The notes under the pieces are model-generated. The model was not told where the DNA came from, searched no databases, and worked only from the letters and a program-made list of their open reading frames with translations. Of a stretch of 64,000 nt of DNA, positions 25,650 through 39,685 are shown in pieces (within the stretch, counting starts at the first letter, position 1; every line of letters starts with the position of its first letter). The DNA is from Antedon mediterranea. Its lineage: Eukaryota > Animalia > Echinodermata. The stretch covers positions 13,578,001 through 13,642,000 of the forward strand of contig NC_092674.1 of the NCBI RefSeq assembly GCF_964355755.1, given 5' to 3'. The translations under genes and the position numbers were made by a program.

Positions 25650-28600
25650 ATAATGTATGACTGATGAGTTCAAGTTCAATCTGAAAATATCACTGATGAC
25701 ACAAATTATAGCTAAACATTAATTATTATTGTCAACATAATCGAGCTGAGGGTATTGCTGTATATGTACGTAAATATCATAGTATAGCATACTGACAAAA
25801 AACGTTACATAAGGTAATTAGTCTATGTTCGTATACTAAGCGACTTACATTTTCTATACCTGACATAATTATTTGAAGTATGTATATCCCAATATATTTG
25901 GTTGGTGTCATAATAGGCGATTTTAAACTCACATAAACATGAAAAAAATGAAATCCTCGTTATTGAAAAAAAAAATCTATTTATTAATATTAATATATTG
26001 TTTTCTCTTTTTACTTGGTTAGATAAAACATGTTACTGAGAAACGGCAAACATTCTAGTTTAAATGCTTTAAGTACCCACAGATTGCACTATTTTCTGTA
26101 AGCTTAAATAGGTTGTCTTTTCGTTCATGTGTTGGGAATAGAAAATATTTCTCTTCAAACAGTTTCCAAAATATTGGTACACAACAATGAAAAAAAAAGT
26201 GTGTGTTACGTTCTCGGTTACGGTCACTAGAACCATTCTTGCGACTGAGTTGAACTTCGAAAATGCCGGTCAGATATAAAAACAAGTTAAAAAGAATAAA
26301 TTAGCAATTGTCACTGCATACTCATCCTTCAAACTAGCCGCCATCAAGAAAACACTCAATTCACACTCATTCAGATAAACAAAAAAATACACTTATTTTC
26401 GGATGATTTTTTTCTTACTTAATTTGTGTATTGTTTTATATTAATGTACATCGTTTCTTTTACCATTATGATTCCAATTATATATTGGAAATAAGGATTT
26501 AATCGAGTCGACTTTAAATTTGCAAGTAACAGAGAAGCATTTCTCTTGTCCGTTGTCAGATGGTTATTGAATCTTTGTTGTTGATTTCTCTAATACTTAT
26601 ATGTAATTAACCGCTTAACGTCAATCTGTGTAGTAGGTACTAACAATATGTATTAGAACTCTAATAACGGTCCTTTTCTGATATTTATCTTCGACTCAAT
26701 GTATTTCATTTCTAAATATGAACAGTTTATCTTAAATGAAAGTTGAATTGAATTTGAATTGCTTGTTTATTGTATTAACCATTGTATGTAATTTTAGTAT
26801 TAATTTCTTTAAAATGAATCTTATGAGCGTTAGTTTTACACGAACAATAGTACTTTATTTAACATTTTATAATAAAAATAAATTACTCTAGATATGAATA
26901 AGTACAACACCGTGTTTCATATTATCAAGAAGTGATAACAGTAAACAACTGTATGAATATGCTTGATAAATAAATAGACATAGCAGTCAATGAATTATTC
27001 AACAATTAGTATAATTGTGTTTTATAATACAATATTGTGTGTATAAATGTACGTGGCGGAGCGTTTATTAGAGGGTGGAGGTTGGATATTCCAAAGATGT
27101 TTTTTTGGCGAGGTGCGTTTATTCAAATAATTGCGGTAGGCCTAATTTGTATAATCAATACATTATTTAGTTCAAATCAAACACCAAATAATGACAATCA
27201 TCAGTGGGCCGTTAATAAGAAACACGCTCTAAACGGCTTACAACATGGGCCAAAGCCTCCCGGGTCTCAATGGCGATGCAGTACATGCAGATAGCGCGCA
27301 ATCTGTTCAAACCTAACAGCAACTCAACAACTCGGCTACCATTCGGCTATATCGATTTCTGATATATACTGATTTTTACAATTTTCCCTGCAAAATACCT
27401 GATGTTTTAATATGCTGGACTCTTTTTTTTGCAGTATAATTTCATTTTGTTTAAACTACAGGCGTTGCCCGAAAAAAACCCCATGCCGATGAAATTAGAA
27501 ATGTTGTTTTAAAACTTTCTATAATATCTGCCTAAGAGAGAAATATTATAAAATCTACGTTTCGCAGTACATCTGAAAGAGAAAAGTAGGTATGCAAGGT
27601 GGAAATCTCAGAAATAACCATAATTTATATATAGACACGCTAACATTGACCTTGTGGAGCACGTTTAACTCGTAGTATCATACACGTGCACATATAGCTC
27701 ATCGCGTTGGTAAGTCACAAACATATTAGTGATTTTTTTTAAATTATTATAGTATTATGTCAATGAGGCTTAGTAGTAGGCCTATGCCACATGCAATATG
27801 AATTGAGAAAAAGAAAAATAACGACAATTGTATTATTATTGTGACCGAATTAACGCTTTAAAAAAGCCTTATTAAATACACATACCGATAGGTCTATGTG
27901 AACGACCGACACTAACCACGATACATTACTTTTAATTACTCTTTGTAGGTCTACATTTAGTCTTTGATCACTACATTGGATGCGTTATTATGTTGCTAGT
28001 TAACAGTCATTCTACATGCTTTAGATCATAGAAGTAATTACTTTGTTATATTATAATATAGGAGTAACTGTACATTTAATGTACGATAAACAATCGCAAT
28101 TGACATACTACAAATAATGTAAACCAATATTGCTAGAGTTTAATTAAAGCAAAGGTTTCTTTTATGTTTGAATGCAATTATATTTAGCTAGACTTATTGT
28201 TGTATTAATTTAGATACACAAATAAAAATAGGAAATTATAAGAAGAAACATTCGGGAATTACCAATCGTGATCTTAGAAATTATATTCATGACAAATGTG
28301 TCTATTTTAATATTTGAAGTAATCTTTTCTTTATATTATGTCATTTGAACAATTGAATAGAACATGAACTCAGTACTTATGGATTTTAACCCACGAAGCA
28401 TCAACTTTCGCAATCGAACATTTTACCGGCACAAACGAAGCAAATTGAAAAAGTTAACATGTTGCTGATCTGGTAAATACCATTGAAATGTTAGCGAAAC
28501 AATAAGCCATGTGTCTTAGAAAAGATAGTATTAAGGTTTTTTTATTTTCTGATGTCATCGGTAGACTTGTAACGGCGGTAAAGTTACTTCCGAGTTCGTT

Positions 28601-29262
28601 ATCACTTTACAATGTCCGGGTTGCAACTAAAACTTCGTGTGAACGTGACATACATTTGATATACATTTGAGTCAAAATATTCCATATGTTTCTCTTTAAA
28701 CACATTTTTTAAAATTGAACTAATTTATATTAATTATACTGTATATGGTTTGGCTATTTAATATTATTGTAACTCAGACTGTTTAAAACTTAATGAATAA
28801 ATGACTCATAATGTTTAATATGTTATAAATTGTGAATCCACTACGATACGACGTGAAGTTATTATTACAGTGGTAGACTATGTATAAATATTATAATGTA
28901 CCGCGATGGTAAGCCGACTCGCAATAAAATTAATAATATTAAAAGTAATATTTCTTATTAATTTATAAAGATTAAACAAGTTATTACAAAGTGTGACATC
29001 AGTTGTTACAAAACCTTGGTTAATCTGACTTTCCAATTTCAAGATTAACCTTGACGAGGCAGCGTTGTTCCGAACCATGTGAGGGGTACAACCGTGCAGT
29101 TCTCGACAATGTAGTTGCAACAAAATTGATCTGTAACCCGCGATGTGGTTGCTTCATTTAGGTATGTTATTACTGGCACTCTCTTTAAATTGTAAAATTA
29201 AACACTTTTTGAATCACACTGAATTATATAGTAATATTATTATTAATGTGTGTAACACTTAC

Positions 29263-29361
29263 TTTGGCCTGAAGATCAAATTTAGCACCTTCCTTGAGCA
29301 AAATAGTGCAAACATCCGTTTGGCCCTTTAGTGCAGCCAGATATAAAGGTGACGCTCCATT
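29263..29361 (-). CDS. Ankyrin-repeat exon E3: NGASPLYLAALKGQTDVCTILLKEGAKFDLQAK
   Basis: Hand-translated (not in ORF track); 99 bp, cag/gtaagt, open frame. Confidence 0.9.
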
Positions 29362-31384
29362 CTGAAATATTACAAACATTATGTTATAGTATTTTTTACT
29401 CTAAACAAAGTATTATAATATTGTCCTGCAATCAATACGATGTAATCAATTAAAAATAACGTTATAGATTTAAATAATGCTAATAATAGAGGGCTAAAAT
29501 CACGCATTATGGCTATGCACGATATTTTTTGGCGTTCCAGATAATTGTATTTTATTGTTTACGTGTTTTAATATTATTTATGATTTTCAGACAAATTTTA
29601 AAAGCTTATATGCATGAAAATAGTGTAGTTTTCTCATCTTCTAAATCAAATGTCAACTGTATACGTGAAGCATAATTGTATTGGATTGTTATTGTATTGT
29701 ATTATATTGTTAAAACAATACATTTCAGTTCCAACTTATCCTTACGTACATAAACTTGGTTCTTAATTGATATGACAATCCTTATTGCAGCTTAAAAGAA
29801 GCTATACTGGTATTGAGCGCAGTAACATCTGACAAACGGCGGACTTTGATAACTGCTGTAAAATCAACAGGGGCTAAATTTGAACCAGAACACTGGGTTA
29901 ACCCGATATTAATCACGAAAGATGCCCTAGATTAGTTATCATCATGTTTTAAATCAGATGTAATTAGAATTCTATAAACCTCATCTTCATCCCTATTTCT
30001 AGATAACTGCCATTCATACTCATTGAGAGTTGGCTGGTTTATTTAGCAGAAACCAGATATCCTTTAACTTGCATCAGCTTAAACTTATTATAGTTTGACC
30101 AAAATTATGCAAAAATCCCTCCTACTCCACTTGTGAGTTTTCTGCCGCTAGTTAGACCTCCTCCAAGGCAATTATTGTTATTGATTATGATCTATGCCTC
30201 AAAAGCTCGGACGAGTTAGAATTTGAGGGGAAAGGTCATAGGTCAAGGTCACAACTAACAAAAAACTATTTTACTGCCTAGAGACCACAGTTTTTATCCA
30301 ATTCTCACTAAATTTAGCCACAATGATCAATGATTCATCATATAATTGTGGTTAAATTTTGAAGAGTCAGGGTCAAAGATCAAGGTCCACAAAAAACAAA
30401 AAAAAAGAAATAAAAAAAAATAATAAAAAAAAAACCTCGGTGGGACTTCAACCTGCGACCTCAACTGTGAGAGGCTGGATACATAATCATTACACCATTA
30501 AACTTTCATCCACAACTTTGCAGTGTGCAGTTAGGCTATTTACACTTAGAACTAATAAAAAAAATTAAAACAATTTATATGCCTATATATATATATTTTC
30601 CAGAGACATTTTATGTAGGGGAATTTTACAGTAGGCGGAGGTTTGTACTCTCAGAGTACCCTCTAGTTGGAACTGTTATTTGTAATAGTACAGGCCTAAT
30701 TTAAATGCAGAAGCTCACAGTAAGTTTACGTCGTTGTGCCATTGTTTCCTGATAATTGGAATGTAATCAGTTTTTATTATAGTGATTTCTGATTTGACAA
30801 ATTAAATTTGTCAAAACCAGAAATCACTATAATGTATTACTGATGAGTTCAAGTTCAATCTGAAAACATCACTGATGACACAAATTATAGCTAAACATTA
30901 ATTATTATTGTCAACATAATCGAGTTGAAGGTATTGCTGTATATGTACGTAAATATCATAGTATAGCATCCTGACAAAAAACGTTACATAAGGTAATTAA
31001 TCTTTAAATAGAGAGGGAGTGGAGGGAGGGAAGTGAACATTATTTTACTTAGCCAAAAACTGGCGTGGTAATCTGTTGACAGCGTGAGGTGACGAGGATG
31101 AGATGCTCACGCTGCCAAAAGATGATTGCGAGGGCGCCCCGCAATCACGTGATTTTGACACATGTGAGCCCGATAAACAAATACAAGGAAACAAGTATTG
31201 GTTGTAAAGTTATTTAATATGAATGGCAAGTCATCGTTGCAGCATGCACGTAAAAGGAAAACATAAAAAAGGAACATTGGGATGCTCTGAAAGGGCCAAC
31301 ACAGTTGGCAACGAAGGGGCCAACGAAGCAGCCCAAATTAAGTGCAGGTAGAACCGATGACAAGCCATTCAGATGATGGTACAA

Positions 31385-31830
31385 CATATGTTGACACCCA
31401 GAACGTATATAAACTATCTACATAGTCTACCTGGAGCAACATGTGTTGACTCCAGTACCCGGTAGACCATTAGCGCCTGATAGGTGGAGCAACCAAATAT
31501 TGACATCGAAAAACGTGTAGAAACACCTACATTAGTCTACCTGGAGCAACATGTGTTGACTCCAGTACATGTTTAAACATTTTAATTAGGTAGGCAGTGC
31601 AACCAAATGTTGGCACCGAAAAACGTATAGAAACTATCTACATTAGTCTGCCTGGGGCAACATGTGTTGACTCCAGTACGCGTTTGAGAATTGAGTTTAA
31701 TAAACGGTGCAACCATGTTGACACCGAAAACATATAAATAACTTATTAGTCTACCTGGAGCAACGTGTTGACTCCGATTGAACATATGATTATAATTGGC
31801 GGTGCAGCCTATGCTGTCACCGAAAGAAAA
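31385..31830. repeat. About 110-bp tandem repeat (4 units) in the 3' region of the YR element
   Basis: Recurrent tagtctacctggagcaacatgtgttgactccagtac. Confidence 0.8.
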
Positions 31831-34385
31831 CAAAAATGAAATAAGTAAAACGATATACAGAAAAAATAAGTATCAAACTTTGTTTAAGCTTGGCGCTTAA
31901 TACCCAGTCATGCTTAGGAAATATGCCAACCGGCCAGCACCCATATTTACAACGCTGTATTTGACAAAGTTATGTGGTTCGACCATCGTCCAAAAGTCAT
32001 AATGTCTTGGTGAGAGTGTCCAAGTTGGTGAAGGTCGGTAGCTCGACCGATTCTGAAAGAATGAGTGTTAAACTGTGTATGTTCCAGACTAGCATGGCGA
32101 GCTAATTGTTTATAGCATTAGTGTGTGTTCTGCGGCCTTGGAGACTACTGCTTCACTGGCTCTGAGGCATGCGAAGTAACATATTATGAACAATGCTCTG
32201 TTTAGGATGAATTCGTATTTGGATTTCATGCTACCACGCATATGTCCAATTAGCGTTACAAGAATGTCGGAGGTGACCGGCGGTCTGACCGGTTTGGATG
32301 GAGAGTTCGTTTTTTGTTTCGCTACTCCTCTGCATAAATTGCTGGATTTGCGGTAGGGTCTTCCATAAATGATGATAACCCTGTGCACGAATGACACTGC
32401 GCTAAGGTAGTTTCGAATCGTGGAAATCACCAGTGCATTTTTAGTCAGCTTACTTACATAGAGAACAATTGTCTGTGGAGTCGCTGGTAGCGGAAGGCTT
32501 AGTGATTTCCTGAATTGGTTAAAATGGTGCCATTTGCTTTTATAGCTACTAGCGGTTCCTTTGCTTAATGAGTTCCACATTAGCTCTTGTGTGAGGATCT
32601 TGAGTTGTTTAGTGGTTCGAAGTAGATTGGTTGTAAGTGCTTTGGTATCTTTAGCGGTGTGCGGTTCATACTGTGCTCCTCTAGCATGGCCTCCGTTTCT
32701 TGAAAACGAGAAAGAGCGTCACATATCCTGTTTTGCTTACCAGGGATGTGCCTGGCTGTAAACTGAATGTTGTTTAGTAGTAACAAATGGACGATAGCGC
32801 GAACCACTCTCATGACCTTTTCGTGTGATGACGATTTTTTGTTAAGCACATATACATCAGCTAGGTTATCACAGTGGAAAACTACTTGGGTGTTGGCTAG
32901 CTGTTTTGCAAAAATCGAAAGCATGACATAGATGTGGTAAATTTCGAGAACCATGATGTTGAACATTTTCCAAGATTCCGGCCAGCGGCCTTGAATCCAG
33001 AACTTTTGGAAGGTCGCACCAAGTGCGGTTTTTGAGGCATCAGAGGAGAAATGTAAACGCTGCGAGTCAAATTTTTGTGGGGGTGAAAAAATGGTAACGC
33101 CATTGTGTTTGCTAAGAAAGTCGGCCCAAATTTGGAGATACTCCTTTGCTGAGTCAGAAAGGTGAATAGTTGAAAAGGGGTTAGTTAGACCGGCCGTTAG
33201 GGCATAAAGCCTTCTTAGGCACGCCAGTCCAGAGGGTATAACCCAGGTGGCAAATTGTAGCTTTTCAAAGAGATTGGAGGGCTCTCAATGTAGTTGAGTG
33301 AAGTTTTGAACTTTAAAGGGAGTAACGTAATTTTATTATCTCAGATGGAAGCCTGTCTTACATTGTATGTAAATCAAGTTCAATACCCAGGAAGGAAATG
33401 GTGGTGGTGGGTGAAATTGTTTTGTGCGGTGCTAGAGGTATGCCACCGCGGTCAGCAAGCGCCTTGGATATCTTCAAGGAGTTCGCACACAGTTGGTGTG
33501 TGTCTTCAATGACGAGGATTTCGTTATTAGTTATTGGGCTGTTTTAACTTTTTTATAAGGAAAAATTTCACTCCGTCAGAAAACTTATTGAATATTTGAC
33601 ACGAAGATCCGCCGCCTTGGGGAAGCGTTTTATCGTAGTAATACTGGCCTAACCACGTGAAACCTGTGGGGTGATATTGAGTGGGATGTAAATGTATTAG
33701 TCTGTATGCGTCACTGGTGTCCGTCTTAGCCATGAATGCCTGGTGATTGTGTATGTCAATTATGTCTATTGCGTTGGCAATTGTTTCGTAATGAACTGTT
33801 ATGCAAAACCCAGGGATGTTGTGATTGACAGCGTTTGAGTCGTAGGGATAGGAGAGGTTGTGGAGGATACGACATTTTTCAGGTACGGAATTTCCGGAAG
33901 GTTGTTGATGATAGCTTGGGAGTTAGTTGCTGTAAAAGCAGCCCCATGTAAGGTAGAAGCCATGAGCGAAACATTGGGTTAAGTAAGCGTGGTGTTTGTA
34001 ACCAGATAGGAGTGCGCTTATTCTAGTGGGAATTATTGCGATCCCGAGCACTGAAAAACGAGTGGCGATACTGACAGTTTGTCTGGACACTTCTATTGAA
34101 TCTGTTATGGTAGGAGAAGCCAAGTGGACGCTCCACTGTCGGATGGGTTAGAGGTTTATGGTTAGCTCATTGCGTCTAGTGATTATCACGAAAGTAGAAA
34201 GTAGAAGTAGTAGGCCTACAGGATACATGTTGTTACATATACCGTAAAATGATATAACTGTACATCTACTAAAAACTCACAGGTCTATAAGCTTCATATC
34301 TTTTTACATCAGCTGAGTTTTAGGCTCTCGTATTTATTGGTACTATTTACTGATCTCTTCAAACGAACTGTCGAAGCTAGCCCTA

Positions 34386-35219
34386 ATGGCCGCAAACACG
34401 AAGGAAACTCCCGCCGCGACGGGTACAACAACAAGACAATCCAAACAAACCCGTCTGTCAATGTCGGAAGTTATGAATAGTCCAGATATGGTTCTATTCA
34501 TTGAAGATATCATTAAAAAGGCGTTCCAGGGACCAACGATTGCTGATATTATTGGCAAGCTAGTACTGGATTCTTTCTCAAGTAAGAAATTCATGGAGTT
34601 ATTTAATAGAAGTATCATGGTTACCATGGAAACTACCTTAAACAGAATTGATAAGTTAGAAGGCGAATACTACGATCTTGAAAACAAAATTTCAAATATT
34701 GAATCTGAGTCGGAATCTATTAGTTCTTATGTAGACGAAATAAAAACTGTAATACATAAGCAAAATGAATTAATAGATGACCTTGAGCAATACTCTCGAC
34801 GAAACAGCGTCAGAGTTTTTGGAATTCCAGAAACCGATAAAGAAAGCACTGACGAAATCATATGCAAATTAGCCAGCAGTAAGCTTGGAGTCGATGTAAA
34901 CAAACTTGACATCGATCGATCACACCGTACTGGACCACGGAACTCAACTTCACGGCGACCTAGACCCATTCTAGTCAAGTTTACCTCATACAGGACCAGG
35001 AAGAGTGTTTTAATATCACGTAGGAAACTGAAAGGTAGTGGAGTATCTATACAAGAGGATCTGACTCAAGCTAAACGCAATCTACTTGCCCAAGTTAAAC
35101 AGAACTCTAAATCAAACAACGTTTGGTCAATTGATGGGCGTGTATTTGCATCTGTAAACAAGAATGGCCGTGAAGTGGTGGTCAACATATCTTGCCAAGA
35201 CGACATTAAGAAACTCTAA
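34386..35219 (+). CDS. LINE ORF1 (coiled coil plus RRM-like domain)
   Basis: EQYSRRNSVRVFGIPE, IDRSHRTG, PRPILVKF, IQEDLT motifs typical of L1/Crack ORF1. Confidence 0.85.
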   Translation: MAANTKETPAATGTTTRQSKQTRLSMSEVMNSPDMVLFIEDIIKKAFQGPTIADIIGKLVLDSFSSKKFMELFNRSIMVTMETTLNRIDKLEGEYYDLENKISNIESESESISSYVDEIKTVIHKQNELIDDLEQYSRRNSVRVFGIPETDKESTDEIICKLASSKLGVDVNKLDIDRSHRTGPRNSTSRRPRPILVKFTSYRTRKSVLISRRKLKGSGVSIQEDLTQAKRNLLAQVKQNSKSNNVWSIDGRVFASVNKNGREVVVNISCQDDIKKL

Positions 35220-36047
35220 GTTTTTTTCGTTGTTTGTTTTTTCTCATTAATACACGTTTATAAAGTGATGTAATTTATTGTTCCATTAATAATCATTGTT
35301 TATATTTATCATACTTTTGGGTTTTTTTTGGATATTATTGGAGATTATTTATCTACTTCATTTGATATTTGAATGCTATGTGTGTATTTTCAGATACGAA
35401 TGAATATCAGCTTTCGAAAATAATCAATTATGCAAGTAATCGAATTACAAATAATGCATTAATACATATTTACAGTATTTTAATTTAAACTTAGATAATC
35501 AACTCAATTATTGATACAATTTTACCCAACAGCACCATACTACTGTATAAGCTATTTCATGTGATATAATGTGTATATATGTATATATAAGAGAAAAGTT
35601 GCTATTTTCAAATGTTGTTTTTCAAAGTTACTCACTTCTTAATGTTGATAGTTAATAGACTTGTGAGTTATGTTATGTACTGTAATTCAAGCTCTAAGCC
35701 TTTAGTTTTTTATTATTCAAATCTAACTATTTTTATTTGTTTGTTAAAAATATGGAAGCAAAAACCAAAATAATAACCATGACCGACTCTCTAATTTAGT
35801 TTTTAACCCCTCTACACACAGTAGACAATTCGACGATATAGACCCAGATAATTTTTTTAATGACATAAATATCTCAAATTATTACCTGCCAAATGAATTT
35901 AACACTCAGTTTATTGACAAAACCAAATTTAACTTTTCTTGTGTCCATTTTAATGCCAGAAGCCTGCAAACAAATTTTGATTCTATCTATGATTGCATTC
36001 AATCTTTAAACTTTAATTTCAATATTATTTCAATTACAGAAACATGG

Positions 36048-38754
36048 ATGGATCACCCAAGCCCACTTATTCAGATACCCAACTATACATTTCTTTGCAA
36101 TCCTCGTTCATATAAATGTGGAGGAACTGGAATTTTTGTAAATGATAATACACGCTATTCAACCAGAGATGATTTAACTTCTACTCAATACTTCTGTGAA
36201 TCACAATTTATTGAAGTGCATACAGACAAAGAATCTATTCTAATAGGTACTATATATAGACCTCACGAAATTAATATGCCTTTTTTTACAGAACAACTTG
36301 AACTTCTTTTAAAACAAATATCTAGAGAGAAAAAAAAGGTATTTCTTTTAGGTGATTTTAATGTCGATATTTTAAAATTTGATTCAAATAATAATGTAAA
36401 TGATTTTGTCCATTGTCTATTTAACAATTCTTTTTATCCTCTTATCCACAGACCCACAAGAATAACTCCCAGTTCTGCCACTCTTCTTGATAACATTTTC
36501 TCAAACAGTCTAGACTCTTCAATGAGCGGCATTGTCATTAGTGACGCAACTGATCACCTTCCCGTTTTCACTGTGAACATTATTAATTCAAGTAAGTCTA
36601 CAGACAAAGTGAAGCGTAAATTTAGAAAATTTAATGAAAACAATATTCATCACTTTCGAAATGATCTGTCAATAACATCGTGGAATGATGTCTTAGATAA
36701 ATTAGACCCTGACGAAGCGTATGATACTTTTTTCGTAAAGTACAAAGCCCTATATGATAGGAACTTCCCTTTGTTAGATCCACCTAAAACTAAAAAGAAA
36801 TTAAAACCTTGGATGACCAACGGGCTTTTAACCTCCATCTCATACAAACAAAAACTTTATCTCAAGAGCATTCGGCACCATTCCAACGCTAATATATTGA
36901 AATACAAAAAGTATCGTAATAAGTTAAATAATCTTCTAAAAAGTGTTAAAGTGGATTATTATAAAAACTTTTTTAATGAAAACAAATCCAATATTAAAGC
37001 TACTTGGCGTACTATAAACTCTATACTTAAACCATCAAACAACACAATTCCTAACATTGAGATAATGAGTAATGGAAATCTAACAAAAGACCCGAAAATG
37101 GTGTCCAACTTATTAAATAACCATTTTACCAATATAGGGCCTGAATTAGCAAAAGAAATCGACACTAGTTCTATCAAAAGTTTCCGTCACTATCTTAGTC
37201 CTCCTACTCCAAATTCCATTTTTTTATCTCCAGTTTTGGAACATGAGGTTCTTAAAATTGTCAACTCTTTCAAAAACAACAAGGCTGCTGGAATTGATGA
37301 TATATGTGGCAATGTTGTTAAAAAATCAATAGACCTTATTCTTTCTCCACTTACTCATATTTGCAACTTATCTTTATCCACAGGATCCTTCCCTAAAAGC
37401 ATGAAAACAGCAAAGGTCACTCCTATATACAAAAAAGGTAACAAATCCGATCCCAACAATTATCGACCAATTTCTGTTCTTACTTTCTTTTCAAAGATTC
37501 TTGAAAAACTTATCTATGACCGTACGTATGATTTCATTAACCAAAACAACATTCTCTACAATAAACAATACGGTTTCAGACAAAATTATTCCACTTCTTT
37601 TGCTTTAATTGATCTTACCAACAACATTGTGGATGCTATTCATAATAAGTTGTTTTCGTCTGGCCTATTCATAGATCTTTCTAAGGCATTCGATACAATT
37701 GATCACACTATTTTACTTTCAAAACTCTTTAACTATGGTATCCGTGGCATTACTCTTGACCTTTTTAAAGATTATCTGTCCAATCGACTTCAATGCACCT
37801 ATATCAACAATGTTTCTTCCTATTTTAAACCTATTGTTCCTCAAGGGTCTCTATTAGGCCCTCTTCTTTTTTTATTGTATATCAATGATTTACCAAATGC
37901 ATCTGACATCCTTTCTTTTTATCTATATGCTGATGACACAACCATTTTTTATTCACACACTAATTTTGATTTCATTTTCAATACTTTTAATAGGGAATTG
38001 AAGAACGTGAACGATTATTTCAATGCAAACAAACTTTCAATAAATATTAACAAATGCCATTTTATGCTTTTTGGTTTTCGACACCAAGATTTGATTAACG
38101 ACACTCATAATGTTTACCTTGCTGCCCACAAAATTCCTCTTGTTAAGCATACTAAATTTCTTGGAGTAGAAATAGACGAAGCACTAAACTTCAAACATCA
38201 CATTAAAGAAATCGAAACTAAAATTTCGAAAAATATTGGAATTTTATATCGTCTTTCATTTTACTTGCCCAAAGAAGTCCTTCGCATGATTTATTGTTCA
38301 CTTGTTTTACCTTTTATTTCTTACTGTAATATTGTCTGGGCAAACAACTATGTTTCAAACCTCAACAACATTTTTATTCTCCAAAAAAAAAGCTATTCGC
38401 CTCATCTCTGGTGCGTCACGCCTAGATCACACTAGTGAGCTTTTCTCTGACCTTAAATTATTAACTGTCCAAAACATCAATATCCTCCAACAATGCACCT
38501 TCGTCTATGAACATGTCAACTGTCTACTTCCAACCAAACTTTCTTGCAACTTTATAAAAAATAATAGCATTCATACCCATAAAACAAGATCCTCCTGTAA
38601 TCTCCACCCTCCCCTTACCAAATTAACATTAATGCAACATAATATCCGTTATAGTGGCACCAAATTATTTAATGATCTCCCCGACGAAATTAAATTGGCA
38701 CCTTCAAAAAATACATTTTCTTTTAAACTTAAACAAATTCTACTCCATAAATAA
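36048..38754 (+). pseudogene. LINE ORF2 (APE-RT), frameshifted near 38390
   Basis: ORFs 36048..38435 and 38302..38754; LGDFN, NYRPIS, VPQGS (short deletion before it), YADD; endonuclease motifs extend upstream to about 35940 (HFNARSL, ITETW). Confidence 0.88.
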
Positions 38755-39685
38755 CTAATAATAAAACAACATGTTTATTCTGGGTTTTCTGTGCTTCCAT
38801 AGTATTTTATTATTATTAATTTGTCGTTGTCTTGCTTTACATGTTTGTTTGTCTTGTTTTGTTTCTGTTTGTTTAAACTCCAATATGATTACAATTTCTT
38901 AACTGGCTACCCGTCACAAGTTTTTTGGAGGGAAACCTCCAAATGTTATTACTTTCTGGGTGTTGCCTCTTAATTATTTATATTTTAATTGTTATTTTGT
39001 TTACTTTGAAATGATAAGAAATAAATGTTATTATGAGATGAGATGAGATGAGTTTATGCAGGAGGTCGGCTCGAACCGATGACCAAGAGCAAAGTGTGTA
39101 CTCAGTAGCCATTCGAAATTATTAGTCGTAAAAGTACCATTAATTTGGATGACTGCGCATGAGGTATTTAATATACTTAAATAATTTAAGATGTCCTGCG
39201 TATATTTACTTAAATAAAATTGTGGCAAAGTCGTGAAAGGCCTAGTGCCAGTTGTGTTCGTTTAAGATGCGGCATTTGGGCTTAGGCACAAGTTCAAAGG
39301 TACCAGTGAACGTTAGCGTCAAAGCTTCCGCTGCGCTGTTGAAGTCGAGCAGATTGTGCAGCTCGATGAAATTGTGGGAGATTAGTTACCAGGGTTTCGA
39401 CGATATGCCTCATGTCCTTTAATTCTTTATTTATGTCAAATTCAGGTACTGGCACGGTTATTTTTTTTTTCTTTTTTTTTTTGTGTGCCGTATTTTTTAC
39501 CTCTTGTTAGTTATTTTCCGTCCTGACATGGTGTATTGTAAGAAAATCTTTGTGCAATTAAGACGGAAAGAAAAATGTGTGTGGACAGATATCATCAAGT
39601 TGCAGGGGAAAAGGGCCCTGCAACCATGTTTTAAAGGAGTGGAAAAAAAAGATTGGAGACAAAAGTCAGCATTGGGGTAGTGAAT

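Larger units (their letters stand above)
24183..29262. repeat. Intron X2 (5080 bp), tandem duplicate of intron X1 (29362-51932 once its TE insertions are removed)
   Basis: Co-linear near-identity with 29362-31002, 42061-42835, 43294-44667 and 50695-51932. Confidence 0.92.
34161..39051 (+). mobile_element. Full-length Crack/CR1-type LINE nested antisense in the YR element
   Basis: 5' UTR, ORF1, spacer, ORF2, 3' UTR, AATAAA, (ATGAG)n tail; candidate 7-bp TSD GTTTATG at 34154-34160 and 39052-39058. Confidence 0.92.

Noticed and set aside
27037-27294. Repeated ORFs (21125, 27037, 43763) with GGAFIRGWRL
   Set aside because: Translations of duplicated intron containing ggcgtttatt repeat remnants; frames not conserved between copies
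28987-29016. RSS-like caaagtg-spacer-acaaaacc near the exons (V(D)J-type signal)
   Set aside because: Lacks the essential CAC, spacer is 13-14 rather than 12 or 23, and ttattacaaagtg(t/c)gaca is a repeat motif also tandemly present at 23582-23645
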